Below, in pieces: positions 8,369 to 17,035 of a stretch of DNA of 64,000 bases (position 1 is its first letter; the number at the start of each line of letters is the position of its first letter). The DNA is from an uncultured Bacteroidota bacterium (GTDB lineage: Bacteria > Bacteroidota > Bacteroidia > Bacteroidales > UBA12077). The stretch covers positions 96,626 to 160,625 of the forward strand of contig CAJXLK010000001.1 in the NCBI GenBank assembly GCA_913055635.1, in the 5' to 3' direction. The translations under genes were made by a program, and so were the position numbers. The notes under the pieces were generated by a model. It saw nothing but the letters and a program-made list of their open reading frames with translations. It had not been told where the DNA came from and did not search any database.

Positions 8369-11300
8369 TTACCGGCTGATGCTGTACTCCAGCCTGTCAA
8401 GGGGGTAGTATGTTTTCGGGTGGTCTCCGATGCGCTCTTTCTCGCTCTTGTGATGGAGTTTGATGATAGCCCTGTCATCCAGTGTCGGATATGCTGCATC
8501 TATGTTCATGAATGAGGTGTAACTTGATACATTACCTCTTCGTTCACTTCGTCCGTAGATTTCTTTAAGATTTCCTGCCCAGTCCTGTAAATTTACTTCT
8601 ATGTCTCCTCCATTAACAGCTGTTTCTTTATATTGCTTATTATTTTCATATATTGCCAGTGCTTCAGGAACTGTTTCATTACCACCGATATATACGTTCC
8701 ATCCGAGACTGTCGGGATGGTAATTATGCTCTGGATGATAATTGCTGAATTCTGCATCGATGTGTTCGTTTACGAGTTTGAATGGTCTGGATGGATCATC
8801 CATGGGCACGCTTTTTGGTATGCCATAGAACAGACTATCTCCGACTGCAATGATTGAATCCCTGAATGTTTGTTTCTCTGAAGCGTCCATTGATTCATAG
8901 TTGAGTCTGACTTTTCGCCCCATCGCTTCTTCAGTGTCTGTTCTATATGCAGAGGAACTTGGAGGACTTCGTATCATCTCATCGATTTTCTCGGGATCCG
9001 CTGTCACTGTCTCTCCTTTATCCGGATCGTTTTCTGTCGCTGGAATCGGCAGTTCCGTTGGCACGAGCATCCAGTTTATCGTCTCGATACTGTCTTCAGC
9101 CGGCTCGATGACCTCTGACTTGATCGTATATGTGTGACCTACATCTGACAGATACCCGCTTGCATTGTGATTGTGATAACCGACCTCCCAGAATCCTTCT
9201 GTATTGCAATCGATATCGCCGATCCTGAATTTTCCGTCTGCATCCGTCACGCTCTCTGCTAACAGCGTGCTATCGCTTGCTCTCTTGAACCTTACCTTGA
9301 CGCTATCGAGCCGCTTGTTGGCATCGTAGATATCTCTGATTGTTCCTTTTAGAGTGACATTCTGATCGTACTGTTGAACATAAGCGTCTCCTAGATCATC
9401 AAGTGATTTTGTTATTTTTATAGTATCTTTATATGGTTTGAACATTCCTGTTGAGGTGGTGTCTGTTGGGGTAATCGTTCTGACATACTGTGCGGTATCG
9501 GCTTCTCCCTGTGCATCTGTGGGGATTTTAATATTTGTGAACTCATAAAAATTATCATCATTCATTGTTATTGAATCTTTATGATTGACATTAACACCCT
9601 TTATTTTCACAAATGCATTTGAAATCCACCCATAAGGTTCTCGTCGTATAGTTCCTATTACACTCTCATTCTCTACATACTCTGGATACTCTGTGAGTCC
9701 CGGCATATCAATCTCATTCTCTCCCTCACTCACATTCATGGTAGTGTCCTTATCTGTATATCCTTCTCGGGAGAGTGAATAGACGAGGCTATCAAGCCGT
9801 TGCGTGGCCGGCCTCGTAACATCGAACTCGTAATCCGGATCGTTCTCCTGGAGCGCCTTTCCGTGAGCCAATGTGTCCTGGGAGTTGGCCTTATCGGTTA
9901 CGACATAATCGAGGCTATCGGTTGCCGTACTTCCGAACAGCGAATACGACACCGTATCTGGCTTCAACGCCGGCAAATCAAACGCATTCTCTCCCTCGCT
10001 CACATCCACAGCCGTATCTTGTTTTAGATAATTATCTCTGGACAAATTCACCAGCACACTATCGATCTGCTCTTCAGTTGCAAGCCTCTCAAAATCCACG
10101 CTGTAAGCAGGACTATTCTCCTGCAGGGCCTTTCCCTCTCCCAGTGTATCCTGTGGGTTGGCCTTATCAGTCACGACATAATCGAGGCTATCTGTTGCCG
10201 TACTTCCAAACAGCGAATACGACACCGTATCCGGCTTCAATGGCGGCAGATTGATCGCATTCACACCTGTCTGCACCTCTCGCACGAGTGTATCGAGATC
10301 CTGATAATCCTCTCTTAATAGCTCGAACCTAACGCTATCAAGCGCTCCGACGCGCTTGAAACCCATCTCATAACTGTTCTCACTCACATTCGCTGAATCC
10401 AGCCCCGCTCCATCGGCTGCATTGAAAAGTTTGATCTTTGAACCATTCGGCCCTGCACTTCCTGTAAACGAATAGACGAGACTGTCAAGCCGCACATCGA
10501 AGCTGTTCTGCCCGTATGAAAGTGCCACGGTCGTATCCTTATCCTGCCAGTTCTGATGGGCTACAGCCACATCCGCGCTGTCTGTGGAAACATCTGTCGT
10601 ATAGTTCACCTCAGTGCCGTTTAACGATTCTCCGGTGCTTCGTGGTGTGACTGCCACATCGCTTCCTTGTGGGGCTTCGACCTTGACCTCATAATGGAGG
10701 GTCACATCGGTGAGATCCTGTTTTAGCGTATCGGTGACAGTACCGTCCCAGTTTTTTTGCACGACATTGGGTGCTGATTGCGTAATCTGCACTGGCTGGC
10801 TCTCCTTCGTATTGGAGAACGTTGCCGAATACCGCCCCTCTATCTCATCAGTATCGGCGAGTATCGTATCTGCTTGACTATCCTTTATCGTCACAGCAGC
10901 ACCGTCCATCGCATCCCCTAAGACGGTGTGGTTGAACGTATCTTCTGGTGTGCTTTTTTCAGAGAGCCTGAACGTCACGTTTTGTCCGCCCCAGCTTCCA
11001 ACAAACGTGCTATCGAGCGTCTCATGTTCTGGTGCTTCCACGTGCAGGTTCAACTCCTTCTCCCTGCTGTCCAGATATGCAGAGTCGGTCCTGTAGGTTT
11101 TGTTTGCATCAACGGCTCCTGCAAACACTTCGTTGCCATCCACAGCAATATTCACGTTCGCATCAGCCGCGTTTCCTTCTACGGTATAGAAATGGATGAA
11201 TCCATCCGGGGCGATGGTTTCGGAGAGGTTGTTTGTGCCTTCACTGAGGTGGTATTCGCGGGTGAAGCGTGTGAAGGTGATGTTGCAGGAGCCGTCGGGT

Positions 11301-11959
11301 TGGAAAGAGAAGGTATAGTTGGGGTCCGGGCTGGTGTTATGCAGGCTGGCGGTGGCATCAGACGGGCCGGGCCGATGCCCTGTTTTGCCCCCGCCTGCCT
11401 GTGAGCCGCCGGGGTGGTGTATGATCCGGGCGTTTGAGCCCTGCCAGCGGAACAGGTAGATGCCCCCGTCCACCGAGCCAGGGTGAGGCTGCCATCGAAA
11501 GACGGTGGTGGTGCTGCCTCCGCCCCGGGGTTCCAACCGGGCCACGAGGCGCCCCGAGAGGCTGTGTATGGTGGCAGCCGGACGGTCTTTCTCGGGAGCG
11601 GCCCGGCCCCTTACCACGATGCGGTGCGAGGCGCCCGGGTTGGGGATGACCGTGACACCCGCACCCTCGCTTTCCGGCCCGTTAAGACCGGTTGCCACCG
11701 ACAACCCGCTGAAGCCGGCCTGCCCGTCGGGTCCGGTCAGCAGGGTGTCAACCGCCCCGTCTCCACCGTAAGGGGCGATCACTACCCGGGCCCGGCGAAC
11801 AGCCTCGCCGCTGTCGGTCTTCACCGTGAGGGTGCCCGAGGCCGCCTGGCCAAAAGCGGCAGGGGAGCCACACAATAGTACGATAAATATAGCCACACCT
11901 GTGATGCCGCCGCAGTTGATCCTGTGAAAAACCTTTGGGCGCGAAAAAGAGGTTGTCAT
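8369..11959 (-). CDS. Large secreted multi-domain repeat protein, copy 2 (1196 aa, identical to copy 1)
   Basis: Same protein as 4369-7959. The start is set at the same MTTSFSRPKVF Met. The longer 8369-12493 ORF is read-through of upstream non-coding sequence. Confidence 0.8.
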   Translation of the reverse strand: MTTSFSRPKVFHRINCGGITGVAIFIVLLCGSPAAFGQAASGTLTVKTDSGEAVRRARVVIAPYGGDGAVDTLLTGPDGQAGFSGLSVATGLNGPESEGAGVTVIPNPGASHRIVVRGRAAPEKDRPAATIHSLSGRLVARLEPRGGGSTTTVFRWQPHPGSVDGGIYLFRWQGSNARIIHHPGGSQAGGGKTGHRPGPSDATASLHNTSPDPNYTFSFQPDGSCNITFTRFTREYHLSEGTNNLSETIAPDGFIHFYTVEGNAADANVNIAVDGNEVFAGAVDANKTYRTDSAYLDSREKELNLHVEAPEHETLDSTFVGSWGGQNVTFRLSEKSTPEDTFNHTVLGDAMDGAAVTIKDSQADTILADTDEIEGRYSATFSNTKESQPVQITQSAPNVVQKNWDGTVTDTLKQDLTDVTLHYEVKVEAPQGSDVAVTPRSTGESLNGTEVNYTTDVSTDSADVAVAHQNWQDKDTTVALSYGQNSFDVRLDSLVYSFTGSAGPNGSKIKLFNAADGAGLDSANVSENSYEMGFKRVGALDSVRFELLREDYQDLDTLVREVQTGVNAINLPPLKPDTVSYSLFGSTATDSLDYVVTDKANPQDTLGEGKALQENSPAYSVDFERLATEEQIDSVLVNLSRDNYLKQDTAVDVSEGENAFDLPALKPDTVSYSLFGSTATDSLDYVVTDKANSQDTLAHGKALQENDPDYEFDVTRPATQRLDSLVYSLSREGYTDKDTTMNVSEGENEIDMPGLTEYPEYVENESVIGTIRREPYGWISNAFVKIKGVNVNHKDSITMNDDNFYEFTNIKIPTDAQGEADTAQYVRTITPTDTTSTGMFKPYKDTIKITKSLDDLGDAYVQQYDQNVTLKGTIRDIYDANKRLDSVKVRFKRASDSTLLAESVTDADGKFRIGDIDCNTEGFWEVGYHNHNASGYLSDVGHTYTIKSEVIEPAEDSIETINWMLVPTELPIPATENDPDKGETVTADPEKIDEMIRSPPSSSAYRTDTEEAMGRKVRLNYESMDASEKQTFRDSIIAVGDSLFYGIPKSVPMDDPSRPFKLVNEHIDAEFSNYHPEHNYHPDSLGWNVYIGGNETVPEALAIYENNKQYKETAVNGGDIEVNLQDWAGNLKEIYGRSERRGNVSSYTSFMNIDAAYPTLDDRAIIKLHHKSEKERIGDHPKTYYPLDRLEYSISR

Positions 11960-12268
11960 AACAACGCGTTTGTTTTGTTGGTATAACCAAAATAAGAAAA
12001 ATTGCGGGAAAAGCGAATTATCTTTTCCCGGCGCAACTTTTCGTTGCCTCTCAAGTTTTTCAGGATTTGGCATTAATTTTCCATAGATGCGGTGTCTGTC
12101 ATATGCATCATTCTCTTTATTGGGGCATTTATTGAGTGGTGGATCTTTTTTTCTGGGCTTAATAATCGCAGTGCGAGATGATGTTTTTTTGCAGATTGAT
12201 ATATGCGAACAATGTTGATTTTTTTGACTTCCTGGTGGATAATCGTTAGCTTTGAATATAAATCCGAA

Positions 12269-12475
12269 ATGATGAAGCGATTTGAGATCATATTGGCCCT
12301 GGTCCTGTTCATCTTGATGGTAATGCATCTGGTCTATTCGATTGACTACAGCCATCTTTTTACCACCGCCAACAAAGCAGGCGCCACCGGCGCGATGATC
12401 TGCCTGTTGGGGTTGGTATCGCTGTGGCTGAGCCTTCGTCAGGAGGCAGGCGAGCGGCCATCTGCCCGCCGGTAG
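12269..12475 (+). CDS. Small two-helix membrane protein (hypothetical)
   Basis: MMKRFEIILALVLFILMVMHLVY...GAMICLLGLVSLWLSL has two hydrophobic helices. No homology recognised. Confidence 0.3.
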   Translation: MMKRFEIILALVLFILMVMHLVYSIDYSHLFTTANKAGATGAMICLLGLVSLWLSLRQEAGERPSARR

Positions 12476-12510
12476 GCTCTTCCTTAGGGCCAACGAGAAT
12501 ACCGCCCCAA

Positions 12511-12744
12511 TCAGTCCATAAATTCAGTTTGTTTCCAGGGCAGGCTGTCGGGTTGGGCTGGTTCCTGCAGGGTATCGGAAGGGATTTTGTCTTGCCGGTT
12601 TTCTGCAGCAGCCGGATCATTTTTTGAACGCCTGTATTGCCGGAGATTGTACAATATTTCAGCCATTGCCAGCATTACCGCTGTGAGCAGGATGAACTGC
12701 AAAAGGCGTTTTCTGAACATTTTACTGGCTTGGTGTTTTTCCAT
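12511..12744 (-). CDS. Small membrane-anchored protein (hypothetical)
   Basis: N-terminal KMFRKRLLQFILLTAVMLAMAEILY helix. Overlaps the rdhC-like 3' end by 46-70 nt, so it is doubtful. Confidence 0.25.
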   Translation of the reverse strand: MEKHQASKMFRKRLLQFILLTAVMLAMAEILYNLRQYRRSKNDPAAAENRQDKIPSDTLQEPAQPDSLPWKQTEFMD

Positions 12745-13892
12745 GTCCTAATCATTTTATACCGGAACAATTTTATGAAACTTGCCACGGGTTTAATCGG
12801 GCAGAGAAAATTGCACCAGGGCTTTCGAATAAAAAGGGAAACGATGGTGATGATTCCCAACAGCAGGAACATGATCCGGGAGCCGGTCAAATGAAAAGCC
12901 GCCCCGAATACTTCATAATCAGAGATGCCCGGGTTTCTGGTCCACAGGGCGATAAGGACTGCACCCCAGGCCAGGGACCGCTGAATCCATGTCCATAAGC
13001 GGCGGTTATAGAGGGGAGCCGTTTTAGCCCTGCCTAGATTGCCCAATGCATCCTGAAATCCTTTGAACGGGCAAATAGACGAGCAGTAAGGGTTCCTTCC
13101 GGTGATCAACAAGATAATAAGGGTAGCGAAAATCAGTATATAGGTAAACAACTCGTGTTGCCATTGCGGCCAGTGGCCTGCTAACATGCCGTTGATTTGA
13201 GTCAGGGTAAGGGGGCGGTTGTAGACAAATCCCAAAAATATCAGGCCTCCATAGAGGCATATCCGGTGCAGTTTTTTCTTATGGGCCAGGCGGGGCAGCC
13301 AACTCAGAAGGGTAAGGGCAAACAACAACAGCAAAATGGATTCCTGAATGCCGAACTTTACCCTGGAAGTAGGGGAGGGAGCCGTTTTATCGGGAAAAAA
13401 TTCAGAGGTTATCCGGCGGGCAGCCTGCTCACCTGCCCTGGCGATGGCCCGGCTGGTTTGGGTGGCCCCGGTCACCCCGTCGGTTTGTGCCAACCGTGAG
13501 ATGTTCCGCTCACAGGCTTTTCCCCGGAAAGCTTCCAGGTAATCGGACTGATAGATTTTGGAAAGATAGGAGGGGGTTTCAGAGGCCGACAACACCTGAA
13601 TTTTTTGGATCCTGCCTTCAGGGGCGAGTTCAACGGCTACTTTGAGGCCACCGGCATAACCCTGGGCTTTGCCGGTGGCCAGGTAGAAAGCCTCTTTTTT
13701 GCCTTTGGGGAAAACTTTCCACAGGCCTTTTCCGTGCGAAGCCAACCGGTAAAGGCTGTCGGGATAGCGGGTGGCGATGTGGCGGTTTTGATGGATCTGT
13801 CTGCGCTGTTTGCCGCCCCACCATGCAGCAACAATGGTCAACAACGCAAAAAGGGCCAGGGCCCAATCCATATTTTGCCTTTTGATCTTCAC
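12675..13892 (-). CDS. RdhC/PceC-like membrane flavoprotein (NosR/NirI family: FMN-binding domain + polytopic membrane domain with two CX3CP motifs)
   Basis: FMN_bind signature DGVTGATQTSRAI. About 6 hydrophobic helices. PYCSSICPF and PWCNFLCPI motifs. The start overlaps the rdhB-like stop (ATGA). Confidence 0.75.
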   Translation of the reverse strand: MKIKRQNMDWALALFALLTIVAAWWGGKQRRQIHQNRHIATRYPDSLYRLASHGKGLWKVFPKGKKEAFYLATGKAQGYAGGLKVAVELAPEGRIQKIQVLSASETPSYLSKIYQSDYLEAFRGKACERNISRLAQTDGVTGATQTSRAIARAGEQAARRITSEFFPDKTAPSPTSRVKFGIQESILLLLFALTLLSWLPRLAHKKKLHRICLYGGLIFLGFVYNRPLTLTQINGMLAGHWPQWQHELFTYILIFATLIILLITGRNPYCSSICPFKGFQDALGNLGRAKTAPLYNRRLWTWIQRSLAWGAVLIALWTRNPGISDYEVFGAAFHLTGSRIMFLLLGIITIVSLFIRKPWCNFLCPIKPVASFIKLFRYKMIRTWKNTKPVKCSENAFCSSSCSQR

Positions 13893-14200
13893 ACCCGCTT
13901 TTTTTTACTTTTCATGGTGATAAGCCTCCATAGCCCAACGCCAAGGATGATGTCAATCAACAGGAATAAACCGAGAAAATAAAGTCCGGCCTGTGTTTCT
14001 CCTTCCCCGATCAGGGTCATTCCCCCGGCCAGGGACAACGATAAGAGGATGAACCAGGCCGCCGAGAGGAGCCATTTCCACCAGTTCATCTGCAGATTGA
14101 GGTCTTGTGCCCAATATCGTGCGCTGTAGATCATGATCAGGTAAAGCATGCCCATGATGATCCAAAAAACGGGTTTGAGAAACAGGTCGATGATAAACAT
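13889..14200 (-). CDS. RdhB-like small membrane anchor protein (103 aa, 3 predicted helices)
   Basis: Size, three hydrophobic segments, a GEGETQ acidic loop, and its position directly downstream of the rdhA-like gene. Confidence 0.6.
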   Translation of the reverse strand: MFIIDLFLKPVFWIIMGMLYLIMIYSARYWAQDLNLQMNWWKWLLSAAWFILLSLSLAGGMTLIGEGETQAGLYFLGLFLLIDIILGVGLWRLITMKSKKKRV

Positions 14201-14341
14201 GATTGAATGTAGTTAATAATGAATCTTCTACAATTTTTAATGGCCCTGGTTTATAACCTTAATTTTCATTCCGTAGGGTCCAAAACAATGATTTGCTCAT
14301 CACTATGCGGCTTCTTTATAATTCATGATTATGGTTATCCC

Positions 14342-15826
14342 TTAGTCAAGATTGAACCATTCCTCGGTTTTCAGCCACTGGGGTGGTTTTTGGTAAACTG
14401 CGTTGGTACCGTTTGGAGGAGGGAGGTACTGAGCTCCGCCCGGGTATGAGAAGAAGCTTTTCTGCATGGTAAGCATGGCGGAAGAGAACGTCCCGGTGGG
14501 GTCGTAGGCATCCACATCTTTGGCCAGGCGGTGGACCCAGTTGTTTTTGCGGGAATAAGGGCAAACAGCTAGGCACACGCGGCATCCCCGGGGATGTTGG
14601 GTTGCCACCGTATTCCATATGGTAAAACATTTGTCCTGGTTGATGGCCCAGCGGCGGTATCCGCGGATTACATCCGGGGGTTTTTCGGCGGAACTGATGG
14701 CCCCCGAGGGGCATTGATCGGCACATATCTTACATTTACGGCAAAATTCGGCCACTCCGAAGTCAATGGGGTGGTCCTCTTCGAGGGGCATATTGGTGGT
14801 TACGGCAGCCAGCCGGGTGTTGGCTCCCAGCTCAGGGGTGATCAGGATGCCGTGTCTGCCTTGTTCGCCCAGGCCGGCGTCGATGGCCAGAGGGGGCATG
14901 GCGATGTCGTAATCGGTGGGGGGCACATGAGGCCGGGCCGCATAGCCGAGGTGTTTGAGAAAAACTTCCAGCTTGCCGGCGATGAAGTTAAGCATGGAAT
15001 AGGCATCATAGGAAGTACCATAAACGGGATTGGCATAAAGGCTATCCCATTCGTGGGGTATGGCTACCACAACGGCATGTTTCCAATGTGGCGGCTTGTT
15101 GAATTGGGTCTTGCCCACGCCCCTGAGATAACCCTGATAAACCCACTGCTCGCGCACGGGCGCGATACCCACCAGGGTTGCCCCAAAGGTATGGGCGATT
15201 TTTTTGATCAACCGGGAACCATGACCAGGCGATTTCAGCGAATAAGCTTCGGTGGTGATGCCTTTAAAGTCCGACTCTTCCGGGGGGCCTTCCGGTTCAG
15301 ACGGGAAAGCACCTTTTCCGTGTAGCGGGCTCTCATGAGCGGCCGACCAGGCCGAGGCCAGCAAATAACGGGTCTTGTATTTTTTCCAGTTTTTCTTTTG
15401 TTGTTGACCCCGGCGAAAAGCCTTCTTGAATTCTTGCAGGCTCCCGGGGTGGCTTTGATAATAATCTCTCAGGGGCCCGGGCAGGTCACTGACCCCTTGT
15501 TTGAGCGTCCATTGCGGGGATGATCCGTCGCGGGGAAACATCAGCCGGTAAAGCTCGCCATTGCGGTTGAAAATGTTTTCCAGATAAGTGATCCGGCGCA
15601 CCGGCCCAACCTTTTGATAGGTCGGACGATGCACCCGGAAAGCCGCCCGGTTGAAATACTGGTTGCCTCCATAGGCATCCCGGCCCCAGCCCGTATGGGT
15701 GGCTTTGTTCCTGCCCGAGAGGTAGCCGGCCCCGGCAATGCCCCCGAGCGAAAGGGCGGCTCCTGCCAGGCCGCTGTATTTGATGAAATCACGCCGGTTG
15801 AACTTTTTGCCTGAGCGATCTGCCAT
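14342..15826 (-). CDS. rdhA: Reductive dehalogenase catalytic subunit homologue (RdhA family)
   Basis: Twin-arginine signal KFNRRDFIKYSGLAGAALSLGG. C-terminal Fe-S motifs CRKCKICADQCP and C(X)nCRVCLAVCPY. The 494-aa length is typical of RdhA. Confidence 0.8.
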   Translation of the reverse strand: MADRSGKKFNRRDFIKYSGLAGAALSLGGIAGAGYLSGRNKATHTGWGRDAYGGNQYFNRAAFRVHRPTYQKVGPVRRITYLENIFNRNGELYRLMFPRDGSSPQWTLKQGVSDLPGPLRDYYQSHPGSLQEFKKAFRRGQQQKKNWKKYKTRYLLASAWSAAHESPLHGKGAFPSEPEGPPEESDFKGITTEAYSLKSPGHGSRLIKKIAHTFGATLVGIAPVREQWVYQGYLRGVGKTQFNKPPHWKHAVVVAIPHEWDSLYANPVYGTSYDAYSMLNFIAGKLEVFLKHLGYAARPHVPPTDYDIAMPPLAIDAGLGEQGRHGILITPELGANTRLAAVTTNMPLEEDHPIDFGVAEFCRKCKICADQCPSGAISSAEKPPDVIRGYRRWAINQDKCFTIWNTVATQHPRGCRVCLAVCPYSRKNNWVHRLAKDVDAYDPTGTFSSAMLTMQKSFFSYPGGAQYLPPPNGTNAVYQKPPQWLKTEEWFNLD

Positions 15827-15968
15827 GGTGTGTTTTTTTGTTGGGGTAAAGGTAATAAATAGTTACAAAAGTAACTAATTTGTTTTGATTTTTCCCGAAC
15901 CCAACCCCCATCCAGTAACCTATACAACAAGGCTATGCATGAGACTGCACAACCCTATATCCATAGAG

Positions 15969-15984
15969 CATGCGGATTCCATGG
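15969..15984. promoter_or_regulatory. 16-nt motif catgcggattccatgg (copy 1 of 3)
   Basis: The same CATGCGGNTTCCATRR word recurs at 16214-16229 and 16346-16361, within one intergenic region. Confidence 0.4.
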
Positions 15985-16038
15985 TAAGGTTTATTATAAG
16001 TATGGATTCAGGTTCAATGCCACAGAGATTTACATACT

Positions 16039-16126
16039 TTCAATGAGTCATTGTCCAAATTTCAATGAGTTATTCTCCAAATCTCAATGAGTCATTGTCC
16101 AAATTTCAATGAGTCATTGTCCAAAT
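16039..16126. repeat. 4 x 22-bp tandem array ttcaatgagtcattgtccaaat with palindromic core ATGAGTCAT; candidate operator array
   Basis: Units at 16039, 16061, 16083 and 16105. Units 1, 3 and 4 are nearly identical and unit 2 has 3-4 substitutions. The array lies between the rdhA-like gene (minus) and the MarR gene (plus). Confidence 0.85.
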
Positions 16127-16435
16127 AAAAGGGATATATTTATATTTGTGTAAAAGTTTAAGCCAAAATGAATTTGGCAGGCAAGGACTCACGAACTAAA
16201 GCGAGGTATCAGACATGCGGTTTCCATGGTGAGTGTGCTGTTCATATTTGATGATGGTGTAATACAATACTGAAATAAACGTTAATAAGTCTTTCTCCAG
16301 ATGAAGCCCCCATGCAAGGACTCACACAACAAGGACATGGATCTACATGCGGGTTCCATAATGATTGACCACATAATGTCTGTTTTAATATTCATATCAT
16401 ATTGATTTACAAGATTTTAATTAAGATATATCCAT

Positions 16436-16906
16436 ATGAAGTATTCCTTTGAAGGCTCGCTGGGGCGGATTTCCCATCAGGTATCGCGGGATCTGGGCCG
16501 GCACCTGGAACGGAAGTTCCGCCAGGCCGGTTATTCGATCAACAATTATGAATGGGCTGTATTGTCGTATCTTTTCACCCATCAAAAGAGTTGCCAGAAA
16601 TCCATTGCTGCGTTTTTGGGGACCGATAAAGTCATGGCCAAGCGGATCATCGACGGGCTGGAGAAAAGCGGTTACGTAAGCCGCCAGGAGGATACCACCG
16701 ACAAACGTTACAAGCAGGTTCAAATGACCCCTCGCGGGAATGCCCTTTTTAAGGAGTTGGAACCTTTTGCCGGTGAAGTTTTGGAGACTGCTTTCCGCGG
16801 TATTCCGCAATCTTCTATCAGCCAAACTTTTGATACCCTTCATCGGGTGTTGGAAAACCTGGAGGAAGCTTCACCCGGAACCGATGGTTTCAATGAATTG
16901 AAGTAA
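16436..16906 (+). CDS. MarR-family transcriptional regulator
   Basis: 156-aa winged-helix pattern: EWAVLSYLF...QKSIAAFLGTDKVMAKRIIDGLEKSGYVSRQEDTTDKRYKQVQMTPRG. Confidence 0.85.
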   Translation: MKYSFEGSLGRISHQVSRDLGRHLERKFRQAGYSINNYEWAVLSYLFTHQKSCQKSIAAFLGTDKVMAKRIIDGLEKSGYVSRQEDTTDKRYKQVQMTPRGNALFKELEPFAGEVLETAFRGIPQSSISQTFDTLHRVLENLEEASPGTDGFNELK

Positions 16907-17035
16907 TAACTTTGAAATGCCCTGGCAGAGCGATTAACCGTCGGAATGATAATTCTGCTTTAAATCTGAGCCGATATATTGAAAAATTTCGGTTAAATTT
17001 TACCTTTGTAGGCACAATGGTAAAAGGATCAATGA

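Larger units (their letters stand above)
8247..12016. repeat. Tandem duplication, copy 2 (3770 bp)
   Basis: See copy 1. It is separated from copy 1 by a unique 230-nt spacer (8017-8246). Confidence 0.95.

Noticed and set aside
4256-12016. Treating the exactly 4000-bp offset as proof of an artificial or synthetic duplication
   Set aside because: The homology actually starts 38 nt further left (4218 / 8247), with a 29-nt indel and one substitution. The period is therefore 4029 bp on one side of the indel and 4000 bp on the other. The round number alone is not evidence, although an assembly artefact remains possible (see the finding).
11960-12493. 178-codon N-terminal extension that makes the copy-2 ORF 1374 aa (8369-12493)
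   Set aside because: Copy 1 shows the same protein starting at MTTSFSRPKVF with a good signal peptide. The extension runs through the duplicated leader and unrelated upstream sequence, has no signal peptide and has odd composition (for example ...NDYPPGSQKNQHCSHISICKK...). It is an open frame by chance.
14594-15325. Long antisense ORFs opposite well-supported genes: 14594-15325, 17231-17878, 28441-28965, 32201-33091, 40011-40634, 43250-43876, 16421-16843 and 1217-1711
   Set aside because: In each case the opposite strand encodes a protein with clear family motifs (RdhA, DnaX, GAF, MORN, OmpA-family, MCP, MarR, DnaE). The antisense products show no motifs and have biased composition.
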